64,000 nucleotides of DNA from a virus. A program made the translations under genes and the position numbers. The notes under the pieces were generated by a model. The model did no database searches. It saw only the letters and a program-made list of their open reading frames with translations, and was not told the DNA's origin. Positions 31,342 to 39,478 of the stretch are shown one piece after another; position 1 is the stretch's first letter, and each line of letters begins with the position of its first letter. The DNA lies in IMG/VR virus record IMGVR_UViG_3300044957_000729; one strand, 5' to 3'.

Positions 31342-32310
31342 ATGGAAGAAAATTTTGACATTTTTAATCTGGACAATGAGGCATTTTTTAAACAAGAAGT
31401 TAAAAAGGACGAGGATGAATCCATCTATAAACCTTACCCCGAATTAGGTAAAGATGGGGTTTACAAATCTTTGGTTAGATTTTTACCAAACATTAAAAAT
31501 CCAAAAAAATCGAAAATTCACCAATACTACGTTTGGTTGAAAGACCCAGTAGATGGAACAAATCACAAAGCTATTTGTCCGTCGACAGTGGGAAAAAAAT
31601 CAATTCTTAAAGACCTCTTTTGGAAGCTTAAAAATTCCCCTTCTGCTAAAGATCAAGAGATTTCTAAATCTTTCTCTAGAAAAGAAGATTTTTATTCTTT
31701 AATTCAAGTAGTTAGAGACGCAAACCGTCCAGACCTTGAAGGTAAGATCATGATCTTCAAATTCGGTAGAAAAGTTAACGATCTTATCGAACAGCAAATT
31801 AAACCAGAATTCGGTAATCCTTCAAATCCTTATGATTTGTTTGAGGGTAAGAACTTTGGTATTCAGGTAAGAAAAGTAGGAGAGTGGAACAACTACGATC
31901 TTTGTCAATTTGTTGGAGATAAAATGCCAATTATGATTGATGGAGAAGCAGTAGATAAAACAGAGAAAGGAAGAGATATTGTAACTAAATATCTTAAGAC
32001 AGGTCCTTTGGATCTAGAAAAATACGACTATAGCGATTGGTCAGATGAAGAATCTGAAAAGATCATGAGAATTGTTAGAAATACTATTCCTGATGGAAGA
32101 ATGGTTTCTGAGATTATTGGATCTAGCTCTGATTCTAAAACATCTTCAGCACCAACGGTTTCTGCAGATGATTTCTATGAGCAAGCTAATTCAAGATCAA
32201 CCACGTCAACAACTGATGATGATGATGTTGAGGAAGCACATGCAAAACCTACTAAGTCCTCACCTAAAAAATCAGCACCGTCTCTTGACGATCTTTATAA
32301 CGATCTATAA
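31342..32310 (+). CDS. single-stranded DNA-binding protein, gp32-like
   Basis: VRFLP, CPSTVG, EGKIMIFKFGRK, PYDLFEGKNF, NYD motifs; acidic tail ending LDDLYNDL. Confidence 0.9.
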   Translation: MEENFDIFNLDNEAFFKQEVKKDEDESIYKPYPELGKDGVYKSLVRFLPNIKNPKKSKIHQYYVWLKDPVDGTNHKAICPSTVGKKSILKDLFWKLKNSPSAKDQEISKSFSRKEDFYSLIQVVRDANRPDLEGKIMIFKFGRKVNDLIEQQIKPEFGNPSNPYDLFEGKNFGIQVRKVGEWNNYDLCQFVGDKMPIMIDGEAVDKTEKGRDIVTKYLKTGPLDLEKYDYSDWSDEESEKIMRIVRNTIPDGRMVSEIIGSSSDSKTSSAPTVSADDFYEQANSRSTTSTTDDDDVEEAHAKPTKSSPKKSAPSLDDLYNDL

Positions 32311-32328
32311 TTAAAATAATAGATTGTT

Positions 32329-33402
32329 ATGGAATCAAAGACTATAAGTGGTCTATCAGTAGATAGAATAAAAGGAATAGTATCTTCCGTTCTACTTAAG
32401 TTCTTTGGAAAGGATTCTCAGAGATTAAAAATCTATCAAGGGGGCAACAGATTAAACTTCTGTTGCCCTTATTGTGGAGACTCTAAGGATGCTAAAAAGA
32501 AAAGAGGTAATCTATATCTAGACACTTTAACTTACAAATGTTATAATGGGGGTTGTGGTATTTTTAAAAATCTCAACCAATTCACAAGGGATTTTGAAAT
32601 ACAATCAATGCTTTCTTCGGATGAAATATCAGAGATAGCAGAAATCTCTAGAAATTCCACTATAAGGAAAAAGATAAGAAACTCTCTGGATTATTTCTTT
32701 GCTGAAAATTACAAAGATATACTTGTTGATCGTGAAGAATTTAAAGAAAGATTAGGTCTCATTGAAGTTCAAGGCACTTATGGAGAGGTTTGGCTTCTAA
32801 AAAGAAATCATGTTCCAGATGCGAAGTTCTTATGGGATCCAAACAGAAGAAATCTGTATTTATTAAATCTTTCGGGGGACGAGACTAAGATAATTGGATT
32901 ACAAATAAGGCCAGTAGCTAAAAAGAATGGAGAAAGTAAATATTACACTTACAAGTTAAGTGGGATTTACAAAAATCTTTTTAAAGAAACAGAGCCTGAG
33001 ATAATATTAAAAGCTGAAGAGGTTGATCCAATATCAAGTGTATTTGGATTTTCTACCGTGGATCTAGATTCGATGATAACAACTTTTGAAGGACCTTTAG
33101 ATGCTTGGCTTTGTCCCAATGCGATAGCACTTTGTTCCATTAACAACCCTTTTCCTTTCGATGTAACTAATAAAAGATGGATGCTTGATGGAGATGAAGT
33201 TGGGAGACAAAAGGCAAGAGAATTCATAGAAAAAGGAGAGCAAGTTTTTCTTTGGGGTAAATTTATAAAAGAATGTGATCTACCAGAAAGGGAAAAATGG
33301 GATCTTAATGATGTTGTTAACTATGTAAGATTAACTGGTAAAAAAATAAAGAGGCTAGACAATTTCTTTTCCTCTGATAAGTGGGATATTATAGATATAT
33401 GA
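32329..33402 (+). CDS. DNA primase, gp61-like
   Basis: NFCCPYCGDS...KRG...YKCYNGGC zinc finger; TOPRIM FEGPLDA, LDGD, WDLND. Confidence 0.9.
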   Translation: MESKTISGLSVDRIKGIVSSVLLKFFGKDSQRLKIYQGGNRLNFCCPYCGDSKDAKKKRGNLYLDTLTYKCYNGGCGIFKNLNQFTRDFEIQSMLSSDEISEIAEISRNSTIRKKIRNSLDYFFAENYKDILVDREEFKERLGLIEVQGTYGEVWLLKRNHVPDAKFLWDPNRRNLYLLNLSGDETKIIGLQIRPVAKKNGESKYYTYKLSGIYKNLFKETEPEIILKAEEVDPISSVFGFSTVDLDSMITTFEGPLDAWLCPNAIALCSINNPFPFDVTNKRWMLDGDEVGRQKAREFIEKGEQVFLWGKFIKECDLPEREKWDLNDVVNYVRLTGKKIKRLDNFFSSDKWDIIDI

Positions 33403-33578
33403 AAAAGAACAACAACAAGATAAAATACCCAATAGATATTAAGGGAGATATAGAATTTCCCGAGTTATATGTTTCTGAAAACTTTTCTGTTGTTAATATA
33501 AAAAAGAAGATAAGTTCAGAAGTAAAAGAAGTTAAAAATAACAAGAAGAAAAAATGTCAGAGCAACAGTCTAATGTAG
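33399..33578 (+). CDS. hypothetical protein
   Basis: ATG overlaps the primase TGA (ATGA coupling); 59 aa. Confidence 0.4.
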   Translation: MKKNNNKIKYPIDIKGDIEFPELYVSENFSVVNIKKKISSEVKEVKNNKKKKCQSNSLM

Positions 33579-34018
33579 AGAAAAAAGATTTCGCAAGAGA
33601 GTTCCGATTAGAAAGAGAAGAGTGGACTGAAAAAATAAGGATAATTTCTGTGAGGATGAAAAACATAAAAGAATTAGCTGAGGTTCAGGTTGAGCTATAC
33701 TCAAGCAGACAAATTCTTCTTGAAATGTATTCTAAACTTGGTCAGGTAATGGTTAAGTTAAATTCTAAGTACAGAAAGGACAAAGCTGAGAGATTAAGAT
33801 ACTATTCAGAATCTGTTCAGGTTAAATATGGAGCGAATGAGAAAACTCCTTTGATAGAGGGAGATCTCTCTGAGCTAAAAGAAAGAATGGATCTTGTAGA
33901 TGGACAGATCTCTTTTTTCAATGAGACTATGAAAACGGTGGATCACATGCTTTATGGTATACGCCACAGAATAATGTTGGAGGAATATTTAAGAAGCGGT
34001 GCAATAAGAAGGGATTAG
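33554..34018 (+). CDS. uvsY: recombination mediator, UvsY-like
   Basis: 154-aa helical protein, YYS...IEGDLSEL pattern; upstream of UvsW as in T4-like phages. Confidence 0.6.
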   Translation: MSEQQSNVEKKDFAREFRLEREEWTEKIRIISVRMKNIKELAEVQVELYSSRQILLEMYSKLGQVMVKLNSKYRKDKAERLRYYSESVQVKYGANEKTPLIEGDLSELKERMDLVDGQISFFNETMKTVDHMLYGIRHRIMLEEYLRSGAIRRD

Positions 34019-34055
34019 CCTATATTTTATTCCATATAGAAGATACATAATTCAT

Positions 34056-34747
34056 ATGGAACACAATGATTATTATATCTATGTCTATTTAGATCCAAGA
34101 AAGGGAGGTAAATATTCTTATGATGGGTTTGATTTTGATTTTGATCCATTTTATATAGGAAAGGGTAGAAATCACAGATTGAGAATACATTTACTCAAAG
34201 TCAAAAGGGGTAATTATAAGAATCTTCCTAAATATCATGTTATAAAAAAAATATTAGATGATGGATTAGATCCTATATTAATTAAATATAAGGAAGGACT
34301 TTTAGAGAAAAATGCCTTTGATATTGAAAAAGATATGATCAAAAAAATAGGGAGGAAAGATCTAAACAATGGACCTTTAAGAAATTTCAGTAACGGAGGA
34401 GAGGGGAACGGAGATAGAAAGTTTACAGATGAGCATTGAATTAACTTGAGTTTATCTAGAAAAGGAAAAGTATCGGATAAACAAAGAGATCATTTAAAAT
34501 CTATACACGAAAAAATGAAAGGTAATAAAAGAACTCCCGGATTTAAGTTTTCTGAAGAAAGTAAGAAAAATTGGCAGAGTCTCATTATAAGCCGGTTTTG
34601 CAGATAGGAAATAATAATGAAATATTAAACGAATTTCAATCTATAAAAGATGCAGAAAAATATATTGGCGTGTCGATTAAGAAAGTATTAAAGGGGGAGG
34701 GTAATACTGCAGGGGGATTCTTCTGGAAGTATGAAAATAATTATTAG
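34056..34747 (+). pseudogene. degraded GIY-YIG-type homing endonuclease (NUMOD3/NUMOD1 tail)
   Basis: YIYVYLDP...FYIGKG; TGA at 34437; in-frame continuation INLSLSRKGK; frameshift near 34565-34570; then KPVLQ...FQSIKDAEK...TAGGFFWKY ending at TAG 34745-34747. Confidence 0.8.
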
Positions 34748-34749
34748 TA

Positions 34750-35760
34750 ATGTTAACATTTGTAGTAAGTGAGGATATTAATTGGTTAAGTTTAGTAGAT
34801 TATTCTGAAGATTTTGAGAGAAAGCAGATAGAGATATCTTTAACTAAAAAAATACACAACCATTTCTTTCATCCACTTGTTAAGAAAAAACATTGGGATG
34901 GTTCAATATGTTTTGTTGATAAAAAATTACCGGTATGGAGAGTTCCTATAGGTCTTTGGTCTGAGGTATATCAGATATGTGAAAAATATAAGATAGAATT
35001 AAACATTGAGGGATTAGAGAGATTAATAGATTCAGGTTTCACTCTAGAATCTTATACTGATTGGTGTAACGAGTTCTTTAAAGATGGTGTCGGTGGAGAT
35101 CCTAATAAAATGCCTAGAGATTACCAAATAGAAACAGCTTGGAAGATAATAAAATTTAAACTTTCAGTTTCAGAAGTTGCAACAAGCTCAGGTAAAACAT
35201 TAATTGCTTTTATGGTAATGGCTTACCTAAAAGAGGTAATGAAAGTTAAGAAATTCTTAATGATTGTTCCTAATACGAATCTTGTTATACAAGGATCTGA
35301 AGATTTTGAAGAATATGGACTTCAAAAATTAGAGGACTGTGAAATTCAACAGATACATGGAGCAAATAAGAAAAAAATATCTGGGGGATTAATGATAGGG
35401 ACATATCAATCCCTTGTAAAGATGGATCCTGAATTTTTTGAAGATGTTGAAGCTGTGTTTGTTGATGAGTGTTTGCATCCAGATTCTTTAATAACTATAT
35501 ATGATGGATCTCTAAAAAAAATAAGCGATGTTAAAATAGGTGAAATGGTTTTAACTGTAAATAATAAAACAGGGGATATGGAATCTAAGCCGGTTGATTT
35601 TGTTTATCATAATATGTCTAAAGATAATCAAATGTATGAGATAGAGACTGAATGCGGTAAGATATTAAAGGTCACGGGTAATCATAAATTGAGACTTTCT
35701 AATGGTGAATGGAAAGGAGTGGAAGATTTGAAAGATTCTGATGAGCTTTGGGATATATAA
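34750..35760 (+). CDS. uvsW: UvsW-like SF2 helicase N-terminal half fused to split-intein N-fragment
   Basis: PRDYQ Q-motif, ATSSGKT Walker A, VFVDE followed by CLHPDSLI (intein block A) and KVTGNH (block B). Confidence 0.9.
   Translation: MLTFVVSEDINWLSLVDYSEDFERKQIEISLTKKIHNHFFHPLVKKKHWDGSICFVDKKLPVWRVPIGLWSEVYQICEKYKIELNIEGLERLIDSGFTLESYTDWCNEFFKDGVGGDPNKMPRDYQIETAWKIIKFKLSVSEVATSSGKTLIAFMVMAYLKEVMKVKKFLMIVPNTNLVIQGSEDFEEYGLQKLEDCEIQQIHGANKKKISGGLMIGTYQSLVKMDPEFFEDVEAVFVDECLHPDSLITIYDGSLKKISDVKIGEMVLTVNNKTGDMESKPVDFVYHNMSKDNQMYEIETECGKILKVTGNHKLRLSNGEWKGVEDLKDSDELWDI
35470..35757 (+). mobile_element. split intein N-fragment (96 aa)
   Basis: starts with Cys directly after DE of motif II; TGNH block B; ends at a stop codon. 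Confidence 0.9.
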
Positions 35761-36610
35761 TATTAAAAGAGCCATGTGTAGCAATCAAATCAAAAAACAA
35801 ATTAATGAATATATAATCAAGAACAAAAAATTTATAACCCAATATAGAATGAGGGAAATATTAGATAAGGAAAAAAGAGCCTTATCTAATATTAGACTTT
35901 TTTCCGGTATAGATATTCCAGATACAGTGGGCACTGTTAAATCGCTTTTATGTTTAATCGATGATAATAATGGTATATGTGAGATGGATGGATGTATTAA
36001 CGAAAAGTCAAGGGATTCTGGTAGATGGGTGCTAAGAAAGTTTTGTAGTAGAAAGTGTGCAGATAGAGATTTTGCATTGAAACAATCTGGATTAGGAAAT
36101 TCTTTTCATAAGATATCAGAGGAATCTAGGAAAAGTATGGGCGAAAAAATATCCGAAAAAATTAATAAGAAAATACTAAAAGGTGAATTCACACCGAATA
36201 TAACTAATTCTTGGTTAAATAGCAAGATATCTGTTAATATTAATGGCAAATTAAAATTTGTAAGATCATCTTGGGAAGCATATTTTTATATATTAAACCC
36301 AGAACTTAGTTATAAATTAATAAGGATTCCTTATTTAGACAAAAAAACAAAAAAACCTAGGAATTATATAACGGATTTTTGTGATTTTACTAATAAGATA
36401 ATATACGAGATAAAACCTAAGACAAAAATTAAAGATAATCCTGAAAAAATAGAGAGCGCTAAAGAATGGTGTTCTCTAAATTTCTATTCTTATGTGATAA
36501 TAACACAAGATTGGATAATAGAGAGATATAATAAGAAATTATTAGAGAATCAACCGGAGGGTGAAAGAATATCGATGCTTATTGAAAAAATGATAAAATA
36601 TGAAAATTAA
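35741..36610 (+). CDS. free-standing PD-(D/E)XK (TnsA-N-like) homing endonuclease between the intein halves; start may be ATG 35774
   Basis: C-x4-C...FCSRKC zinc motif; RSSWE...YITDF...IYEIKP nuclease motif. Confidence 0.75.
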   Translation: MSFGIYNIKRAMCSNQIKKQINEYIIKNKKFITQYRMREILDKEKRALSNIRLFSGIDIPDTVGTVKSLLCLIDDNNGICEMDGCINEKSRDSGRWVLRKFCSRKCADRDFALKQSGLGNSFHKISEESRKSMGEKISEKINKKILKGEFTPNITNSWLNSKISVNINGKLKFVRSSWEAYFYILNPELSYKLIRIPYLDKKTKKPRNYITDFCDFTNKIIYEIKPKTKIKDNPEKIESAKEWCSLNFYSYVIITQDWIIERYNKKLLENQPEGERISMLIEKMIKYEN

Positions 36611-36716
36611 ATCTATAAGAAAGATTAACAACGCTGAGGATGTTTATAATTTGAGAATAAAATCTGATGATGGAAATAATCATAATTATATAGCTAATGG
36701 AATCCTTGTAAGCAAT
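36600..36716 (+). mobile_element. split intein C-fragment (39 aa)
   Basis: MKIKSIRKI...DVYNLRI...NHNYIANGILVSN followed by Cys+1. Confidence 0.9.
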
Positions 36717-37538
36717 TGTCACCAAGCTCAGAGTGCATCTATAAAGAAGGTTGTTGCAGTATGTAAAGATTCTAAATGGAGATTTGGATTATCTGGAACT
36801 CTAGCAAACAAAAACACCGCTGAATATCTAACAATCCAACAGTTTTTAGGTCCTCTAATAATGGAGATATCTCCCAAGTTTTTATTTGATAACAAATATG
36901 CTACTCCGGTTTCAATTAAGATTGTAAAAATGGACTGGATGGATGACGAGATAAAGGAAAAGCTATCATCCCTTAAAGAGAACAAGACTGAAATGGAAGG
37001 TAACGAGATTTTTAATTTGGAAAGAAAATTAGTTGTTGGCTCAGATAAAAGACTTAATTATATAATAGATTTTGTTCTCAAAACATCAAAGAACTCATTA
37101 ATACTTTTCCAATCTGTTGGAGAAGGTTACGGTAAGAAAATTTATGATGGAATAAGAGAAAGAACTAATGATAGAGAAGTCTACTATATTGATGGAGATA
37201 CAGATCCTGACAAGAGAGACATATTTACTAAGAGGATGGAAGAAGGGGTTAACAAAATAATGGTTGCTTCTTTTGGTACTATGTCCACTGGTATATCTGT
37301 AAAAAATATTCATAATATATTCTTAACCGAATCATATAAGTCGGAGGTACTTATAAAACAGAGTTTAGGAAGGGGCATGAGATTGTTCGAGGGTAAGGAA
37401 AAAGTTAACATAATAGATTTCGTAGATGATTTTGCTTGGGGCGGAAAAGAGAACTATTTGCTAAAGCATTCGAAGGAAAGAATAGAAATTTATAAAAGGG
37501 AACATTTCGATTATAAAATTTATAATGTCAAAATTTAG
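36600..37538 (+). CDS. uvsW: split-intein C-fragment fused to UvsW helicase C-terminal half
   Basis: CH completes DECH; RFGLSGT (III), ASFGTMSTGISVKN (V), QSLGRGMR (VI). Confidence 0.9.
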   Translation: MKIKSIRKINNAEDVYNLRIKSDDGNNHNYIANGILVSNCHQAQSASIKKVVAVCKDSKWRFGLSGTLANKNTAEYLTIQQFLGPLIMEISPKFLFDNKYATPVSIKIVKMDWMDDEIKEKLSSLKENKTEMEGNEIFNLERKLVVGSDKRLNYIIDFVLKTSKNSLILFQSVGEGYGKKIYDGIRERTNDREVYYIDGDTDPDKRDIFTKRMEEGVNKIMVASFGTMSTGISVKNIHNIFLTESYKSEVLIKQSLGRGMRLFEGKEKVNIIDFVDDFAWGGKENYLLKHSKERIEIYKREHFDYKIYNVKI

Positions 37539-37574
37539 GAAATAGGATATATAAAGTAGAAATAAAGAAATTTG

Positions 37575-38180
37575 ATGTATAAAATTAAAAACTTCAAGGA
37601 TTTTTGCCAAATTAATGAGTCTAATGAGGAGCTTTTCTTCAGAAGACATTTGGGTGGAAATGCCTCTACTTATGATGATAGAGCTAAGAACCATTATGAT
37701 TTAGGCAGTAATCCCACTGTCCTACAGAAAACTCGAGACTTTTTCCAAAAAATGGAAAATAGAATAAACAGAGCGGCAGAAATAGGAAAGCAACAGGTAA
37801 GACAAAACAGAGCAACAAGAACTCATGGGGGTCCAGACACAGGATTCGAGATGCTTTTTGGAGCTTTATCAGTTGTACCCAATGTGTTAAAAAGAGTATT
37901 TGGTCCTACTAAATATGAATTCACTAAAAAATCCCCTAGCGATGAGAAAGTGGATATAGAATTCATGAGACACACAAATGAAGACTTTGCACAAAATGAA
38001 CTTCCCGCTATAAAAACGGAAGATCAATTAGCAGATCATATAGGAGATCTTTATAATAGAGGCGACGTAGTAATAGGACAAGTTCCTGTATTAGATGATA
38101 TAGCTAGAAATAGGGTAAATCTCTATTATCAACATCAGGCAAACCCAGCTCAGCCTATATTCCAAACAAATAATGTATAA
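37575..38180 (+). CDS. hypothetical protein with capsid-targeting-like leader
   Basis: MYKIKNFKDFCQINE N-terminus; GATATATA at 37546. Confidence 0.6.
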   Translation: MYKIKNFKDFCQINESNEELFFRRHLGGNASTYDDRAKNHYDLGSNPTVLQKTRDFFQKMENRINRAAEIGKQQVRQNRATRTHGGPDTGFEMLFGALSVVPNVLKRVFGPTKYEFTKKSPSDEKVDIEFMRHTNEDFAQNELPAIKTEDQLADHIGDLYNRGDVVIGQVPVLDDIARNRVNLYYQHQANPAQPIFQTNNV

Positions 38181-38183
38181 AAA

Positions 38184-39029
38184 ATGAAAAAATTCTCTTC
38201 AGCAGTAGAAAAAAAGAAGCAAGAACTAAAAGAAAGTCAGGTAGTTAATGAAAGAAACATGTACCTTGAATTCTCTAAAAAATATCACAAAAAACATGGT
38301 GTTTCTGGACCTTTCGATAAAAAATTCCAGGGAGATAAAAAAGCTCAGGAAGAATACATGGAAGGCCTATCTAAAGCTTGGAGTGATTATAAAAAAGAGA
38401 AAGGTATAAAACCTAAATCTACTGGATCGAAATTCGATTTTGCTAAAAAGAAAGTAAATGAATCTAAATCTCTAAAAATGGCTAAGAGCATGATAGGTGA
38501 CGGAGGGGATCCTAATTATCATTTCGTAACAATGTGTGATGACTTTTATTTTGAAAAAGATGGAGAAATGATCAGATACAGTAAAGACATGATGTCTGCT
38601 CCACTTAAAGTGAAAACCACTCCAGATTTAGGAGCTTACACTTTTGGACCTTTTGCTAATTTAAATGAGTCTAAAATGTTTGCAGCAAGTATAGAATTAG
38701 ACGAGATCAATGGTCCTAGAATGGTAACAATCGAAGACAGAAAAAATGGAGACGTCTACTTTAAATATTTAACTTGTAAGATGCAGCCAGTTTGGAACGA
38801 GATAGAGGAAGAAGAAATGGAGGACGAGGAAGAACACGAAGATCCAAATTCTGGGTATACTTACGGGAGGGAGCACAATGGTCATCCAGAGGAAACAGAA
38901 GACCGCTACGATGATGAAGATGAGGATGAAGATGATGAGTACGCTGCTACTATCCCTCAAGGAGATGACGATGAGGTCGAAGATGAAATTGAAGACGACG
39001 AAGACGAGGACGAATACGACGAGGAATAA
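38184..39029 (+). CDS. hypothetical protein with very acidic C-terminus (possible head-internal/core protein)
   Basis: D/E-rich last ~75 aa; LKE/VNE motifs. Confidence 0.6.
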   Translation: MKKFSSAVEKKKQELKESQVVNERNMYLEFSKKYHKKHGVSGPFDKKFQGDKKAQEEYMEGLSKAWSDYKKEKGIKPKSTGSKFDFAKKKVNESKSLKMAKSMIGDGGDPNYHFVTMCDDFYFEKDGEMIRYSKDMMSAPLKVKTTPDLGAYTFGPFANLNESKMFAASIELDEINGPRMVTIEDRKNGDVYFKYLTCKMQPVWNEIEEEEMEDEEEHEDPNSGYTYGREHNGHPEETEDRYDDEDEDEDDEYAATIPQGDDDEVEDEIEDDEDEDEYDEE

Positions 39030-39034
39030 TAAAA

Positions 39035-39478
39035 ATGTTTGGACCTATACAAAGTACCGCACTTTATACGGTTTTACATCACTATACAGGATGTAAGATA
39101 CATTCAATCTCACCCGACGGTGATGATTTTTCATTTAGAACATTTCTAGGAGAAAGAGGAATACTTACTGAAAATAATACTGGGAACTGGAACATTACTA
39201 TAGGAAAAGAGCTTGTATACACGATCGAAAGGGATATCTTTAAGGTATTGATTAAGCCAGATAAAAAAAGCTCTTTAGAAGACTATATGGACATATTAAA
39301 TGATTTAAATAACAATCCAGACGTAAGCTATAGATCCAGGATTTTGGTAGTAAATATCATGAAATTTTTAGAGGAATATGTAATAAGTTCTGGTTTTGTC
39401 CCAAATAAAAATTTAAGGATAGGACCTCTTTTAATTTGTAATTTAAAAGGTAAAAAAATTATTAATTGTTTAAACTAA
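39035..39478 (+). CDS. hypothetical protein
   Basis: 147-aa ORF, TAATG-coupled to the next gene. Confidence 0.55.
   Translation: MFGPIQSTALYTVLHHYTGCKIHSISPDGDDFSFRTFLGERGILTENNTGNWNITIGKELVYTIERDIFKVLIKPDKKSSLEDYMDILNDLNNNPDVSYRSRILVVNIMKFLEEYVISSGFVPNKNLRIGPLLICNLKGKKIINCLN

Noticed and set aside
38800-39029. GAN-rich repetitive DNA
   Set aside because: Explained by the Asp/Glu-rich coding tail; not a CRISPR or satellite repeat
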